Source: Antarcticibacterium arcticum (lineage in GTDB: Bacteria > Bacteroidota > Bacteroidia > Flavobacteriales > Flavobacteriaceae). From it: DNA of 24,000 nucleotides. Shown here piece after piece: positions 1-8,833 of the stretch. Every line of letters starts with the position of its first letter. Positions within the stretch are counted from its first letter, which is position 1. The notes under the pieces are model-generated. The model had not been told where the DNA came from and searched no databases. It saw only the letters and a program-made list of their open reading frames with translations. Position numbers and translations under genes: made by a program. The DNA lies in contig NZ_CP042476.1 in assembly GCF_007993795.1 (NCBI RefSeq), positions 43,509 through 67,508 of the forward strand. The letters run 5' to 3'.

Positions 1-3000
1 CAAACCCCGTTTTTAACAATTGCTCTGAATGTTGTGGTTCCGGAAATATTTTGAAAATCTAAATTTTCAGTAGTCATTGAAATTGCAGCCCAGTTTGTGC
101 CGTCAGTAGTACTTTCCCATCTCAGAATTTCTCCTTTAAAATCTGCCACGGTCAGTGTTCCCGCGTTATTGGAAACACAAACAGAAGAAGGCCCTGAAAC
201 TGTTCCACCTTGAGAAGGCTCCTCCACATTTATGCTGAATACGTTTTCGTTTATACAACCATTCGCATCTGTTCCAATAACCTTGTATTCAAAAGTTCCT
301 ACAGTGTTCCCGGTTACCGTTACTTCCGGGTCAGTCCCTATTTCGGCATTATTGAAATACCACATGTAGTTGGTCGCACCCGAAGCGACTAACTTGGTAC
401 TGCTGTTAAGGCAAATTTCAGAAGCAAAACCGTCGGCAATATTTATTTGAACATTGGGAAGTTCATTTATGATGATATCAACTTTTGTACGTTCGCTTTC
501 ACACCCCGTACTTGTTAAAGTCTGGCTCACCCAATAAGAGGTTAACTTCACTTCACCAGTATTAGGGGTGGGAGCAGAACTAAGGGCTGTAGTAGCGTTT
601 TCTGCATCATACCAATTTAAGGTGGTGCCCTCGGCTGGTGTTAAAGAAATAGGATCTGTGACTGTTTCATTAAAACAAAAGCTGAATTGAATAGTCTCTG
701 TAGCTATAGGCTGTGGTTTGTCATATACAGTAACTACAAGTTCCGCAGGATCGCTTTCACAGCTATTTGGTTGTTTTTGTGTAACCCAGTAAGAGGTTGT
801 ACCTGCTGTTTCTGTGGTAGGAGTAACAGACGTTCCTAAATATGTGTACTCCGTGCTGGAGGCATCATAACTATACCATAAAAGTTCATTGTCCTCGTTA
901 GCCTTAGTAGCTGTTAAGGCCGTAGGAGTGGCATTTAAACAATATTCAACAGTAGCAGTAACTGGTTTATCCGGCCTTTTATTTACCCTGAATGTAAAAG
1001 ATTTGGAGGTTGCTTCGGGACAGGTGAAATAATCGGGGCCATCAATTATCACGGCATATATTCCATCGTCATTTGAATCAATATTAAGTATAGTTAAAGT
1101 GCCTGTGTAAACTCCATCTGTACCTGTGGGCCCGGATTTGGTCATCACATATTTATCAGCAACTTCATTTATTGGATTCCCGTCCTTGATCCACTGGAAT
1201 GTTAATTCGGCACCATTTGCATGCGCTTCATAATCGAATGACAGAGATTCATAATCATCTTCACAAATGGTAATATCTTCTGCAGGTTTTATAATAACTA
1301 TGTCTTCGTCAATATTCAGAGTTACGGGGTCTGAAGTTTCTGATGCACATACAGCATTGCTACTACTAACTACCACATAATATTCTCCTGCATTGGTTGA
1401 AGTTGCATTCGAAAATGATAAAGTTGGATTGGTTTCTCCATTGATCTGAACAAAAGTGCCTCCTGTATCTTTCTTGTACCATTGGTATGCAAGATTATCC
1501 CCTGTCGCAACTACTTCAAAAGAGGCAGGATTAGTTGAACAGGTACCAAAATTTACCGGCTGTGTTGTAATTTGTACCTTTTCAAATATCTCAACCTGGG
1601 TAGTCGCTTCTATAATAGCACAACCATCACCTTCTGTTTCCTTTGAATAAGTTATTGTATGAATGCCTGGAGTACTGGCTTGAGGATTAATGCTTCCATC
1701 GGCCTCAATAACTAAACCAGAAGTTGCGGAAAAAATACCTCCTGTGTAATCACCCATTGTACTGCTATAGCTCACTGCAATTGCGTCGTCTGTATTACAT
1801 AAAGGTGTTTCGTAGCTAATAGAAACTTGTGGCATAAGGGTTATAGTAACTTCCGTTTCAACAACAACAGCATCACAACCTAAGGAAGCCGGAATTGTAT
1901 AAGTAACTTTATAAGTATCCGGATTACTGGTCTTCGGATTTATGGCCCCGGTGCTCGGGTCCAGATCAAGTCCGCCTGGGTTGGAGGAAAAAGTTCCGCC
2001 TTCATAAATTCCAATACCATTGGTGAAATTAACAGATTGTGCGGTTTCATCGGCAGTACAGAAAGGCCCGTCATAAGCTATTTCAACGAAAGGAGTTTGT
2101 GTAATGCTGACCTCTGTTGTTGCGGTAACTTCACCACAGCCTGCAGTTGCGGGAGTTTTATAACTTACAGTATAAGTTCCCACAGAACTTGCAGCAGGAT
2201 CAATTGCACCCGAAGAAGAATTAATCGATAGGCCAGCCATTGCAGAATATGTTCCTCCTGTATAAGCATCTGTTCCCTCTATAGTAACTTCTTTTTCTGA
2301 AGTATCTGCAAGACAGAAGGGGGCGTCCGGATAGGAAATAGTAACTGTAGGTGCTTTAGTTATGACAATTTCTGTTGTGGCCGGGACTGGTGAACATCCT
2401 CCGGCTGACGGAGTTTCGTAAGTTATTAAATAAGTACCCGCTGTACTACTGCTTGCTGTAATAGCACCGGTAGTGGCATCAATAGTCAATCCTGCCGGCG
2501 CAGAAAAAGTTCCTCCGGAAAAACCGTCTGTTCCTGAAAGAGTTACAGGTTTAGAATCAGAGTCTGATGTGCAAAAAGGTATTCCTGAATACGTTATTGA
2601 AGCTGTTGGTTGTTTTGTAATTGTAATTTCGGTTGTGGCAATTATTTCTTCGCATCCGCCGGAAGCGGGAGTTTTATAAGTAACGGTATAGGTTCCGGGA
2701 GTACTTGTTGAAGGAGTCACGGCTCCTGTGGAACTGTCTATAGTTAAACCAGTTGTAGAGGAGTATGTACCACCTGTGTAGGCACCGGTACCTGTAAGAG
2801 AAGGGGTTTGACCTGTACTTAAAGCAGTACAAAACGGTGCTGCCGAATAAGCAATTACAGCAGTTGGTTTAGCAGTAATTGTAATAGTGGCCGAGCCGGT
2901 TAAAGCATTTGAACAGGCCGGCGTGTCCAGATATAATCCGCTCACTAAAGAATATGTAGCGTTAGCAGTTAGAACTGCTGTAGTAACAATAGCTGTTCCT

Positions 3001-5633
3001 GAAGCTCCTATATCAACCGTTTGATTTGCTCCATTATCTTTTTTGTAGGTTATTCTACTGTTTGGTGTTCCTGTAAAAGTTAATGTAGATGTATTTCCAT
3101 TACACGCGGGTGAGGTAGCTGCTATCGTAGCTGTAATCAGCGGCTTGAAGGTAATTTTCATTTCATCCTTACCAGGTCCGCAGGCACCACTTGGAGCATC
3201 TGTTGTAAGAGTAATGATTACCGAACCGGCGTCCAGCGCTGCCTGAGTAGGAGTAAATTTTGCGGCTAGTTTTGAAGCATTATCGAAAGAACCCATCCCT
3301 GTGGGAGCAGACCAGGTGGGTTTTAAATTAGCATTTGTCCCCGAGAAACTGTAAGTTCCTTCAATACTTATAGGAGAGATAACTTTACAAACCGTTTGGT
3401 CTGCCCCTGCATTGGTAACAACATGGTTGTCAATTGCAATTCCACTTAAAGTTGATTTTTCACTATTTCCACAAATATTAACGGCCTGAACACTAACCGA
3501 TGCATTTGCAGTTGTTGCAGCAGTAGAATTTACTCTGACAGTAATGGAATTGGAACCAGCTCCGGAGGTTATTTCCCATCCGGTGGGAAGAGTCCATAAA
3601 TAACTGTTGGCCCCGGTAACGGTGGGAACTGTGAATTGTATGCCTGTGGCAGGAGGACAAATAGCGCCTGTTGGCAAGTTAGGAGCCGTTAATGCACCTG
3701 GAGTTGCAGGTACGCCTGTAACTGAGGTTACGGCAAAATTGGCAGAAGAAGCACTATCCCCGCAAGTATTTTTGGCAATTACAAAAATATTTCCACTGTT
3801 AGAAGACGCGCTGACGGTAATAGTCCTTGTTCCTGTACCGCCGGTAATTGTCCAGCCACTTGGAACAGTCCATACATATTCCGTGGCATTAGTAATGGCT
3901 GGTATGGAGTATTGAAGTCCGGTCGCGGTAGAGCACATTTCAGCCGGACCTGTTATTGTTCCACTCATTACTGGAACAGGATTATTAATGCTTATGGATA
4001 TACTTGATGTGGCACTTGTTCCACAGCTGTTTACCGCCTTAACGGTTATAGTCCCTGAACCAGAATTTCCGGCAGTAATATCAATGGATGGAGATGCGGT
4101 AGTTGTGGAAGGAGCTGAAAAACCACTTGGCAGAGACCAAATATATTCAGTTGCACCAGACACAGCATCAAAACTATAGGTTTCTACATCGCCGGGACAA
4201 ATGGTTGTGGCACCATTTATAGTTCCGGGAGTTGCAGGTGTTCCAGCTTTTACAGTTAGGGCCAAAGTTTGCTCTACACTGGTACCACAATCGTTAGTTG
4301 CTTTAACGGAAATATTTCCTCCGGTAGTACCTGAAGTAACCGTTATTGAATTGGTTGTACTTGTTCCAGTCCATCCACTATTTGGTAAGGTCCAGATATA
4401 AGAAGTCGCACCTGTAACGGCTGTAATAGAATATGTTTGAGAAACTCCCGGACATACCTCTGCTGTTCCGGTGATTGTTCCGGGTTGAGCCGGAGTTCCA
4501 GCTTTAACTGAAACGGCTAAGTTTCTTGCTGTACTTGTTCCACAATCATTTTTTGCCTGAACAGATATATTTCCTGATCCCGATGGGCCGGTAGTTACTG
4601 TAATAGAATTTGTGGTGCTTGTTCCTGACCAACCAGAAGGAAGGGTCCAGATATATACGGAGGCATTTGCAACATCTGTGATAGAATATGTTTGAGAAAC
4701 CCCCGGACATACGGCTGTTTCTCCACTTATATTGTTAGGTACAGCAGGTGTCCCGGCTTTTACCGTAATTTCTATGTTTTCGGCTTCACCGGTGCCGCAA
4801 TCATTAATTGCTTTTACCGAAATTGTACCACTGTTAGTGCCGGCGGTAGCTGTAATTGAAGTAGAAGTGCTGTTTCCTGCCCATCCTGAAGGAAGAGTCC
4901 ACTGGTAGGAGCTTGCACCGGTAACCGGGGAAATTGAATAAGTTTGAGAAGCACCCGGACATATAGCTGTTTCAGCTGCACTTATAGTTCCGGGTTTAAC
5001 AGGGGTTCCCGCTCTTACTGTAATAGCACTGGAAGTCACTTCAGCGGTAGAAGAAGTAACACATTCTAAATTGCTGGTAAGTACTACTCGAATTCTGTCT
5101 CCATTATCTAAAGTTGTAGTGGTAAATGTGTTTGATGATCCTGTTTGTAAAGTTGAGGTTTCACCGTTAAGGTAAAACGAATATTGAGGAGAGGTCCCCC
5201 CAAATGTATTGGAGGCAGTATATGTAACGCTTTCCCCAGGGCAGATACTAGTTTTATTTGAAGAAATTGAAACTGTAGGGGTGCGAACTACATTAACCGT
5301 CATTGTTATCTCACTACTCGAAATACTACAGGTTTCAAAACCTTCGGCTGTGGAGGTGACCACAACCCGAACCTTCTGCCCATTGGTAAGACTACTTGTC
5401 TTAAAGGTAGAGTTGGTTTCATTGTTCTGATTTACCTGACCAATTTGCCATTGATAAGCAAGGTTTGTACCTCCGTTAGCCGAAGCCGTAAAAGTTACCT
5501 CAGTTCCCGCACAAATAGTGTTACCCTTATCAGAAGAAATACTTACAGAGGTTGGACACTGCCCATACCCACTAAATGACACAAGTAAAAACAAGGAAAT
5601 TATAAAAAACCCGGATAGTAATTTTTTCTCCAT
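1..5633 (-). CDS. Giant secreted multi-repeat cell-surface adhesin, C-terminus beyond the left edge; probably T9SS cargo
   Basis: Hand translation of the reverse complement from ATG (5633-5631) gives 1,877 sense codons down to position 3 with no stop. The N-terminus MEKKLLSGFFIISLFLLVSFSGYGQ is a signal peptide. The rest is about 20 tandem T/S/G-rich modules of 80-110 aa, most with a conserved Cys pair. It is absent from the supplied ORF track, presumably because its stop lies outside the window. Confidence 0.9.
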   Translation of the reverse strand, partial: MEKKLLSGFFIISLFLLVSFSGYGQCPTSVSISSDKGNTICAGTEVTFTASANGGTNLAYQWQIGQVNQNNETNSTFKTSSLTNGQKVRVVVTSTAEGFETCSISSSEITMTVNVVRTPTVSISSNKTSICPGESVTYTASNTFGGTSPQYSFYLNGETSTLQTGSSNTFTTTTLDNGDRIRVVLTSNLECVTSSTAEVTSSAITVRAGTPVKPGTISAAETAICPGASQTYSISPVTGASSYQWTLPSGWAGNSTSTSITATAGTNSGTISVKAINDCGTGEAENIEITVKAGTPAVPNNISGETAVCPGVSQTYSITDVANASVYIWTLPSGWSGTSTTNSITVTTGPSGSGNISVQAKNDCGTSTARNLAVSVKAGTPAQPGTITGTAEVCPGVSQTYSITAVTGATSYIWTLPNSGWTGTSTTNSITVTSGTTGGNISVKATNDCGTSVEQTLALTVKAGTPATPGTINGATTICPGDVETYSFDAVSGATEYIWSLPSGFSAPSTTTASPSIDITAGNSGSGTITVKAVNSCGTSATSSISISINNPVPVMSGTITGPAEMCSTATGLQYSIPAITNATEYVWTVPSGWTITGGTGTRTITVSASSNSGNIFVIAKNTCGDSASSANFAVTSVTGVPATPGALTAPNLPTGAICPPATGIQFTVPTVTGANSYLWTLPTGWEITSGAGSNSITVRVNSTAATTANASVSVQAVNICGNSEKSTLSGIAIDNHVVTNAGADQTVCKVISPISIEGTYSFSGTNANLKPTWSAPTGMGSFDNASKLAAKFTPTQAALDAGSVIITLTTDAPSGACGPGKDEMKITFKPLITATIAATSPACNGNTSTLTFTGTPNSRITYKKDNGANQTVDIGASGTAIVTTAVLTANATYSLVSGLYLDTPACSNALTGSATITITAKPTAVIAYSAAPFCTALSTGQTPSLTGTGAYTGGTYSSTTGLTIDSSTGAVTPSTSTPGTYTVTYKTPASGGCEEIIATTEITITKQPTASITYSGIPFCTSDSDSKPVTLSGTDGFSGGTFSAPAGLTIDATTGAITASSSTAGTYLITYETPSAGGCSPVPATTEIVITKAPTVTISYPDAPFCLADTSEKEVTIEGTDAYTGGTYSAMAGLSINSSSGAIDPAASSVGTYTVSYKTPATAGCGEVTATTEVSITQTPFVEIAYDGPFCTADETAQSVNFTNGIGIYEGGTFSSNPGGLDLDPSTGAINPKTSNPDTYKVTYTIPASLGCDAVVVETEVTITLMPQVSISYETPLCNTDDAIAVSYSSTMGDYTGGIFSATSGLVIEADGSINPQASTPGIHTITYSKETEGDGCAIIEATTQVEIFEKVQITTQPVNFGTCSTNPASFEVVATGDNLAYQWYKKDTGGTFVQINGETNPTLSFSNATSTNAGEYYVVVSSSNAVCASETSDPVTLNIDEDIVIIKPAEDITICEDDYESLSFDYEAHANGAELTFQWIKDGNPINEVADKYVMTKSGPTGTDGVYTGTLTILNIDSNDDGIYAVIIDGPDYFTCPEATSKSFTFRVNKRPDKPVTATVEYCLNATPTALTATKANEDNELLWYSYDASSTEYTYLGTSVTPTTETAGTTSYWVTQKQPNSCESDPAELVVTVYDKPQPIATETIQFSFCFNETVTDPISLTPAEGTTLNWYDAENATTALSSAPTPNTGEVKLTSYWVSQTLTSTGCESERTKVDIIINELPNVQINIADGFASEICLNSSTKLVASGATNYMWYFNNAEIGTDPEVTVTGNTVGTFEYKVIGTDANGCINENVFSINVEEPSQGGTVSGPSSVCVSNNAGTLTVADFKGEILRWESTTDGTNWAAISMTTENLDFQNISGTTTFRAIVKNGV
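456..1574 (-). repeat. Two Ig (I-set-like) modules followed by two Ig-like modules of the CHU_C-associated type
   Basis: 1574-1299 reads QITTQP...FEVVATGDNLAYQWYKKD...NAGEYYVVVSS. 1298-972 reads ...ELTFQWIKDGNPI...DDGIYAVII. 971-714 and 713-456 both fit YC......L.A......L.WY........PTP.T...G..SYWV.Q....CES....(V/I). The type is assigned by pattern recall only. Confidence 0.55.
1575..3140 (-). repeat. Five modules of about 86 aa plus one divergent leading unit (family C); fold family not recognised
   Basis: Units occupy 2864-2607, 2606-2349, 2348-2091, 2090-1830 and 1829-1575. The divergent unit is 3140-2865. The consensus is T..I.Y...PFC.......V...GT..Y(T/S)GGT(F/Y)S...GL.ID..TGAI.P..S..GTYTVTY.TPA..GC....ATTE..IT. 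DNA periodicity is about 258 nt. Confidence 0.75.
3429..5009 (-). repeat. Six in-frame PKD-like modules of 85-96 aa (family B)
   Basis: Units occupy 5009-4755, 4754-4500, 4499-4245, 4244-3984, 3983-3717 and 3716-3429. The consensus is GTPA.PGTI.G...(V/I)CPG..QTYS...V.GA..Y.WTLP.GW.G.S..NSITVT.G..SG.ISV.A.N.CG.S. This resembles the Bacteroidota PKD-like domain, recalled from memory and not searched. Confidence 0.75.
5010..5558 (-). repeat. Two in-frame modules of about 91 aa (family A)
   Basis: A1 reads CPTSVSISSDKGNTICAGTEVTFTASANGGTNLAYQWQ...NGQKVRVVVTS...C. A2 reads TPTVSISSNKTSICPGESVTYTAS...YSFYLNG...NGDRIRVVLTSNLEC. Both share the pattern SISS..IC.G..VT(F/Y)TAS...NG..(V/I)RVV(V/L)TS..C. 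Confidence 0.7.
5559..5633 (-). other. Signal peptide coding region of the giant adhesin
   Basis: MEKK n-region, hydrophobic core LLSGFFIISLFLLVSF, then SGYG/Q. The first domain begins CPTSVSISS. Confidence 0.7.
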
Positions 5634-5893
5634 AGTAATGCTAATTAGGAGTTTTCAATTATCGTAGGGGAAGAATTGAAGACGGTTAAATTCGTGTTCA
5701 GCCTTTGGGGAAAAGCTAATTAACAGTCTAAAATACAACGATTTAAAGTTAAATTATGGTCTTTTCGGTGAAGGGTAATTATAATCGTTAAAAGGAGGTG
5801 TTTTCCGATAAAATACACAAGTCGTTCAAAATCAGGAAGTTTTGCCCTACAGCTTTTTTAAGCGAAACTGGGCTCCCATTTTCAACGGATATC

Positions 5894-5927
5894 AACAAAA
5901 AACCACAAACTCTTAAGTTTGTGGTTT
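5894..5927 (-). terminator. Intrinsic terminator after pruA, insulating it from the adhesin gene
   Basis: The minus strand reads AAACCACAAAC-TTAAGA-GTTTGTGGTTT followed by TTTGTTG. That is a perfect 11-bp stem, a 6-nt loop and a T-rich tail, 26 nt downstream of the pruA stop. Confidence 0.75.
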
Positions 5928-5952
5928 CCTTGAAATGTAATTAAACTTTTTT

Positions 5953-7581
5953 CTATTTACCCATAAACGGATATCTGTAATCTGTAGGAGTTACAAAGGT
6001 TTCCTTGATTAGACGTGGGGAGATCCAGCGCAACAAATTAAGTTTTGAACCGGCCTTATCATTCGTCCCACTAGCTCTTGCACCTCCAAAAGGCTGTTGT
6101 CCTACAACTGCCCCGGTTGGCTTATCGTTAATATAGAAATTTCCCGCTGCATTCTCCAATGCCCTGGTGGCCTGTGCCGCTGCATACCTGTCGGTAGCCA
6201 AAATAGCTCCCGTAAGGGCATAAATTCCGGTTTCGTCTACCAGTTTTAAGGTCTCTTCCCATTTAATATCCTCATATACATAAATAGTGATAACCGGGCC
6301 AAACAACTCGGTACACATAGTTTCATATTTAGGATTTGTAGTAACAATAACGGTAGGTTCTATGAAATAACCCTTTGATTTATCGTAATTACCACCTGCA
6401 ATGATCTCGGTATCTGCATCTTTCTTAGCCTGATCTATATAACCCGCAAGTTTATCAAAGGAACCTTCATGAATTACGGCAGTAATAAAGTTCTGCATAT
6501 CTTCAGGCGATCCCATTTTAAAGGATTCTACATCTTCAATCACATATTTTTTCACTTCTTCCCAAAGGCTTTGTGGTATATAGGCTCTTGAAGCGGCGCT
6601 ACATTTCTGACCCTGGAATTCAAATGCTCCACGGGAAATTGCCGTAGCTACCTGCTTGGCTTTTGCAGTGGGGTGAGCGAGGATGAAATCTTTTCCTCCT
6701 GTTTCTCCCACAATACGCGGATAGGTTTTATACTTGTCTATATTATTTCCAATTTTACTCCATAAGCCCTTGAATACCGAAGTGCTTCCGGTGAAATGGA
6801 TCCCTGCAAAATCGGGATGAGCGAGGATAGTATCTGTGATCATTACCGGATCACCCATGACCATATTTATAACTCCAGGGGGTACTCCTGCTTCCTGAAA
6901 TACTTCCATGATCACCTGGGCAGAATACACCTGACTGTCACTTGGCTTCCAAACCACAGTGTTCCCCATAAGCGCGGCACTCGCGGGAAGGTTTCCGGCA
7001 ATTGCTGTAAAATTGAATGGGGTAATAGCGTAAACAAATCCTTCCAGCGGGCGGTATTCTAAACGGTTCCAAACCCCTTCAGAGGATTCGGGTTGCTCTT
7101 CATAAATCTGGGCCATATATTCTACATTGAACCTCAGGAAATCTATAAGTTCACAGGCCGAATCAATTTCTGCCTGAAAAATCGTCTTGGATTGCCCAAT
7201 CATAGTGGCGGCATTTATGCGCGAGCGGTATGGCCCGGCAATCAATTCAGCTGCTTTTAAGAAAACTGCTGCTCGTTGTTCCCACGCAAGATCTGCCCAT
7301 TTGGTACGTGCTTCCAGGGCAACTTTTATTGCTTTATCTACGTGTTCTTTTTTGGCAAGGTGAAAGATCCCCAGATCGTGCTGGTGATCATGTGGAGGGT
7401 GCATTGTAATGGTATCTCCGGTTCTTATTTCTTCATTACCAATATATAAGGGTACATCCATCTTGGATTTGTACATTTCCTTGTAGGTTTTCAATACTGC
7501 ATCACGTTCGGGAGTTCCGGGGGCGTATGTTTTGATTGGTTCATTCACCGCGGTAGGAACCTGAAAAAATCCTTTTCCCAT
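5953..7581 (-). CDS. pruA: L-glutamate gamma-semialdehyde (1-pyrroline-5-carboxylate) dehydrogenase
   Basis: 542-aa aldehyde dehydrogenase. The N-terminus MGKGFFQVPTAVNEPIKTYAPGTPER and the length are typical of P5C dehydrogenase. ALDH motifs are VGETGGKD (catalytic Glu region) and FEFQGQKCSAASR (catalytic Cys). Confidence 0.85.
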   Translation of the reverse strand: MGKGFFQVPTAVNEPIKTYAPGTPERDAVLKTYKEMYKSKMDVPLYIGNEEIRTGDTITMHPPHDHQHDLGIFHLAKKEHVDKAIKVALEARTKWADLAWEQRAAVFLKAAELIAGPYRSRINAATMIGQSKTIFQAEIDSACELIDFLRFNVEYMAQIYEEQPESSEGVWNRLEYRPLEGFVYAITPFNFTAIAGNLPASAALMGNTVVWKPSDSQVYSAQVIMEVFQEAGVPPGVINMVMGDPVMITDTILAHPDFAGIHFTGSTSVFKGLWSKIGNNIDKYKTYPRIVGETGGKDFILAHPTAKAKQVATAISRGAFEFQGQKCSAASRAYIPQSLWEEVKKYVIEDVESFKMGSPEDMQNFITAVIHEGSFDKLAGYIDQAKKDADTEIIAGGNYDKSKGYFIEPTVIVTTNPKYETMCTELFGPVITIYVYEDIKWEETLKLVDETGIYALTGAILATDRYAAAQATRALENAAGNFYINDKPTGAVVGQQPFGGARASGTNDKAGSKLNLLRWISPRLIKETFVTPTDYRYPFMGK

Positions 7582-7717
7582 AATAATTCTTTGTTTTTTG
7601 TTTTTAATTTTAAGGATCGTAAAGGTAAAAAATTTAACCGACCTGACCTTCCCCCATTCCGTATGTTTTACTGCCGTAATTTTTGTAAATTACTAATCCT
7701 GAACTAAATTTTCATTA

Positions 7718-8434
7718 ATGTGTACCGTAACCTTAACCCCCTTGCCCGATTATAAATATGGGTTTGTGCTTACCTCCAGCCGCGATGAGGCTCCCGGACG
7801 GGAAGCTCTTCCTCCCGATTTTTACCTCGAAGCGGGGGTGAAACTGCTTTACCCTATGGATAAGGAAAGTGGCGGCTCCTGGATAGGAATTAGTGAAAAC
7901 TCCCGGGTAATATGCCTGCTGAACGGGGGCCGGGAAGCTCACGAGAGGAATGTATCTTACCGGCTTAGCAGGGGGGTGGTGGTAAAGGACCTTTTGAAAG
8001 CTGCTATTATTGACGAAACTATACATACCTACAACCTAATTAATATTGAACCTTTTACTATTATTACTGCCGATTGGAATCATGGTCTTCGATTTCTGGA
8101 AATTATGTGGGATGGAAGTGAAAAACATATCCGGGAGCTGGACCTTACAAATCATTTGTGGTCCTCTTCTCCTTTATATGATACCGGAATGAAGAAACAA
8201 CGAAATGAATGGTTTAAAAATTTCATGAGGGAAAAAGAACTTACGCCTGAAAATTTATGGGACTTCCATCATTCGGCCGGTATAGGGGATAAGAATATTG
8301 ATGTGATCATGGACCGGGGGTTCGTGAGAACTCAAAGCATCACGCAAATAATTAATAATTCCGCAGAAACGGAAATGATCTTTAAAGACCTTCAGAAGGA
8401 AAAAATTACAGAAAAAACTTTCTCAACCATCTAA
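7718..8434 (+). CDS. NRDE-family (TANGO2-like) protein
   Basis: 238 aa starting MCTV (Cys2, Ntn-hydrolase-like) followed by LTSSRDE, a variant of the family NRDE motif. Size is typical of the family. Confidence 0.65.
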   Translation: MCTVTLTPLPDYKYGFVLTSSRDEAPGREALPPDFYLEAGVKLLYPMDKESGGSWIGISENSRVICLLNGGREAHERNVSYRLSRGVVVKDLLKAAIIDETIHTYNLINIEPFTIITADWNHGLRFLEIMWDGSEKHIRELDLTNHLWSSSPLYDTGMKKQRNEWFKNFMREKELTPENLWDFHHSAGIGDKNIDVIMDRGFVRTQSITQIINNSAETEMIFKDLQKEKITEKTFSTI

Positions 8435-8445
8435 GGTTTGCAGCA

Positions 8446-8832
8446 TTAATTCAATGCGAATGGTGCGCTTAACTTAAAGGAAGGGATAGAAACCTTGAAT
8501 TTTTTTGATGAGGTGAAATTGATCATATTGTAATATCCCCTCATAGATCCAAAAGGCGAGTTGAGCAGGCAACCGCTGGTATAGGTGTGAGATTCCCCGG
8601 GTTTTAAAACCGGTTTTTGGCCAATTACCCCTTCTCCCTGGACTATTTCGGTATTATTTAGGGCATCCTTGATCCTCCAGAATCGTGATGTTAGTTGGAC
8701 TGAATCCTTACTTTGATTTTCAATGGTGATCTGGTAGCCAAAGGCAAAGGTCATTTTATGGTTCTTGTAAAAAGAACCTTCAAAGCTGGTCTCTACCGAA
8801 ATTTTAATACCGCTTGTAACCTGTTGTACCAT
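8446..8832 (-). CDS. apaG: ApaG (DUF525) protein
   Basis: The ApaG core reads ISVETSF...YQITIENQSKDSVQLTSRFWRIKDA...GEGVIGQKPVLKPGESHTYTSGC.L..PFGSMRGYY. The start is moved to the internal ATG at 8832 (MVQQVTSG). This gives 128 aa and removes the overlap with the upstream gene stop at 8834-8836. Confidence 0.8.
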   Translation of the reverse strand: MVQQVTSGIKISVETSFEGSFYKNHKMTFAFGYQITIENQSKDSVQLTSRFWRIKDALNNTEIVQGEGVIGQKPVLKPGESHTYTSGCLLNSPFGSMRGYYNMINFTSSKKFKVSIPSFKLSAPFALN

Positions 8833-8833
8833 A

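Noticed and set aside
1575-5009. Nucleotide periodicity of about 255-258 nt that could suggest a CRISPR array or satellite
   Set aside because: The units are far longer than CRISPR repeats and have no repeat-spacer alternation. They are only about 60-65% identical at the DNA level and are exact in-frame protein modules of one gene.
210-5430. Nine plus-strand ORFs of 60-102 aa listed in the track (for example 3607-3915 and 5209-5430)
   Set aside because: All lie antisense to the uninterrupted 1,877-codon minus-strand frame. Their V/P/A/L-rich translations are what antisense reading of T/S/G/A-rich codons yields. None has a recognisable motif.
7677-7685. TAATTTTTG upstream of the NRDE gene as a -7 promoter element
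   Set aside because: It is one base off the TAnnTTTG consensus in either register and has no clear -33 TTG partner, so it is too weak to annotate.
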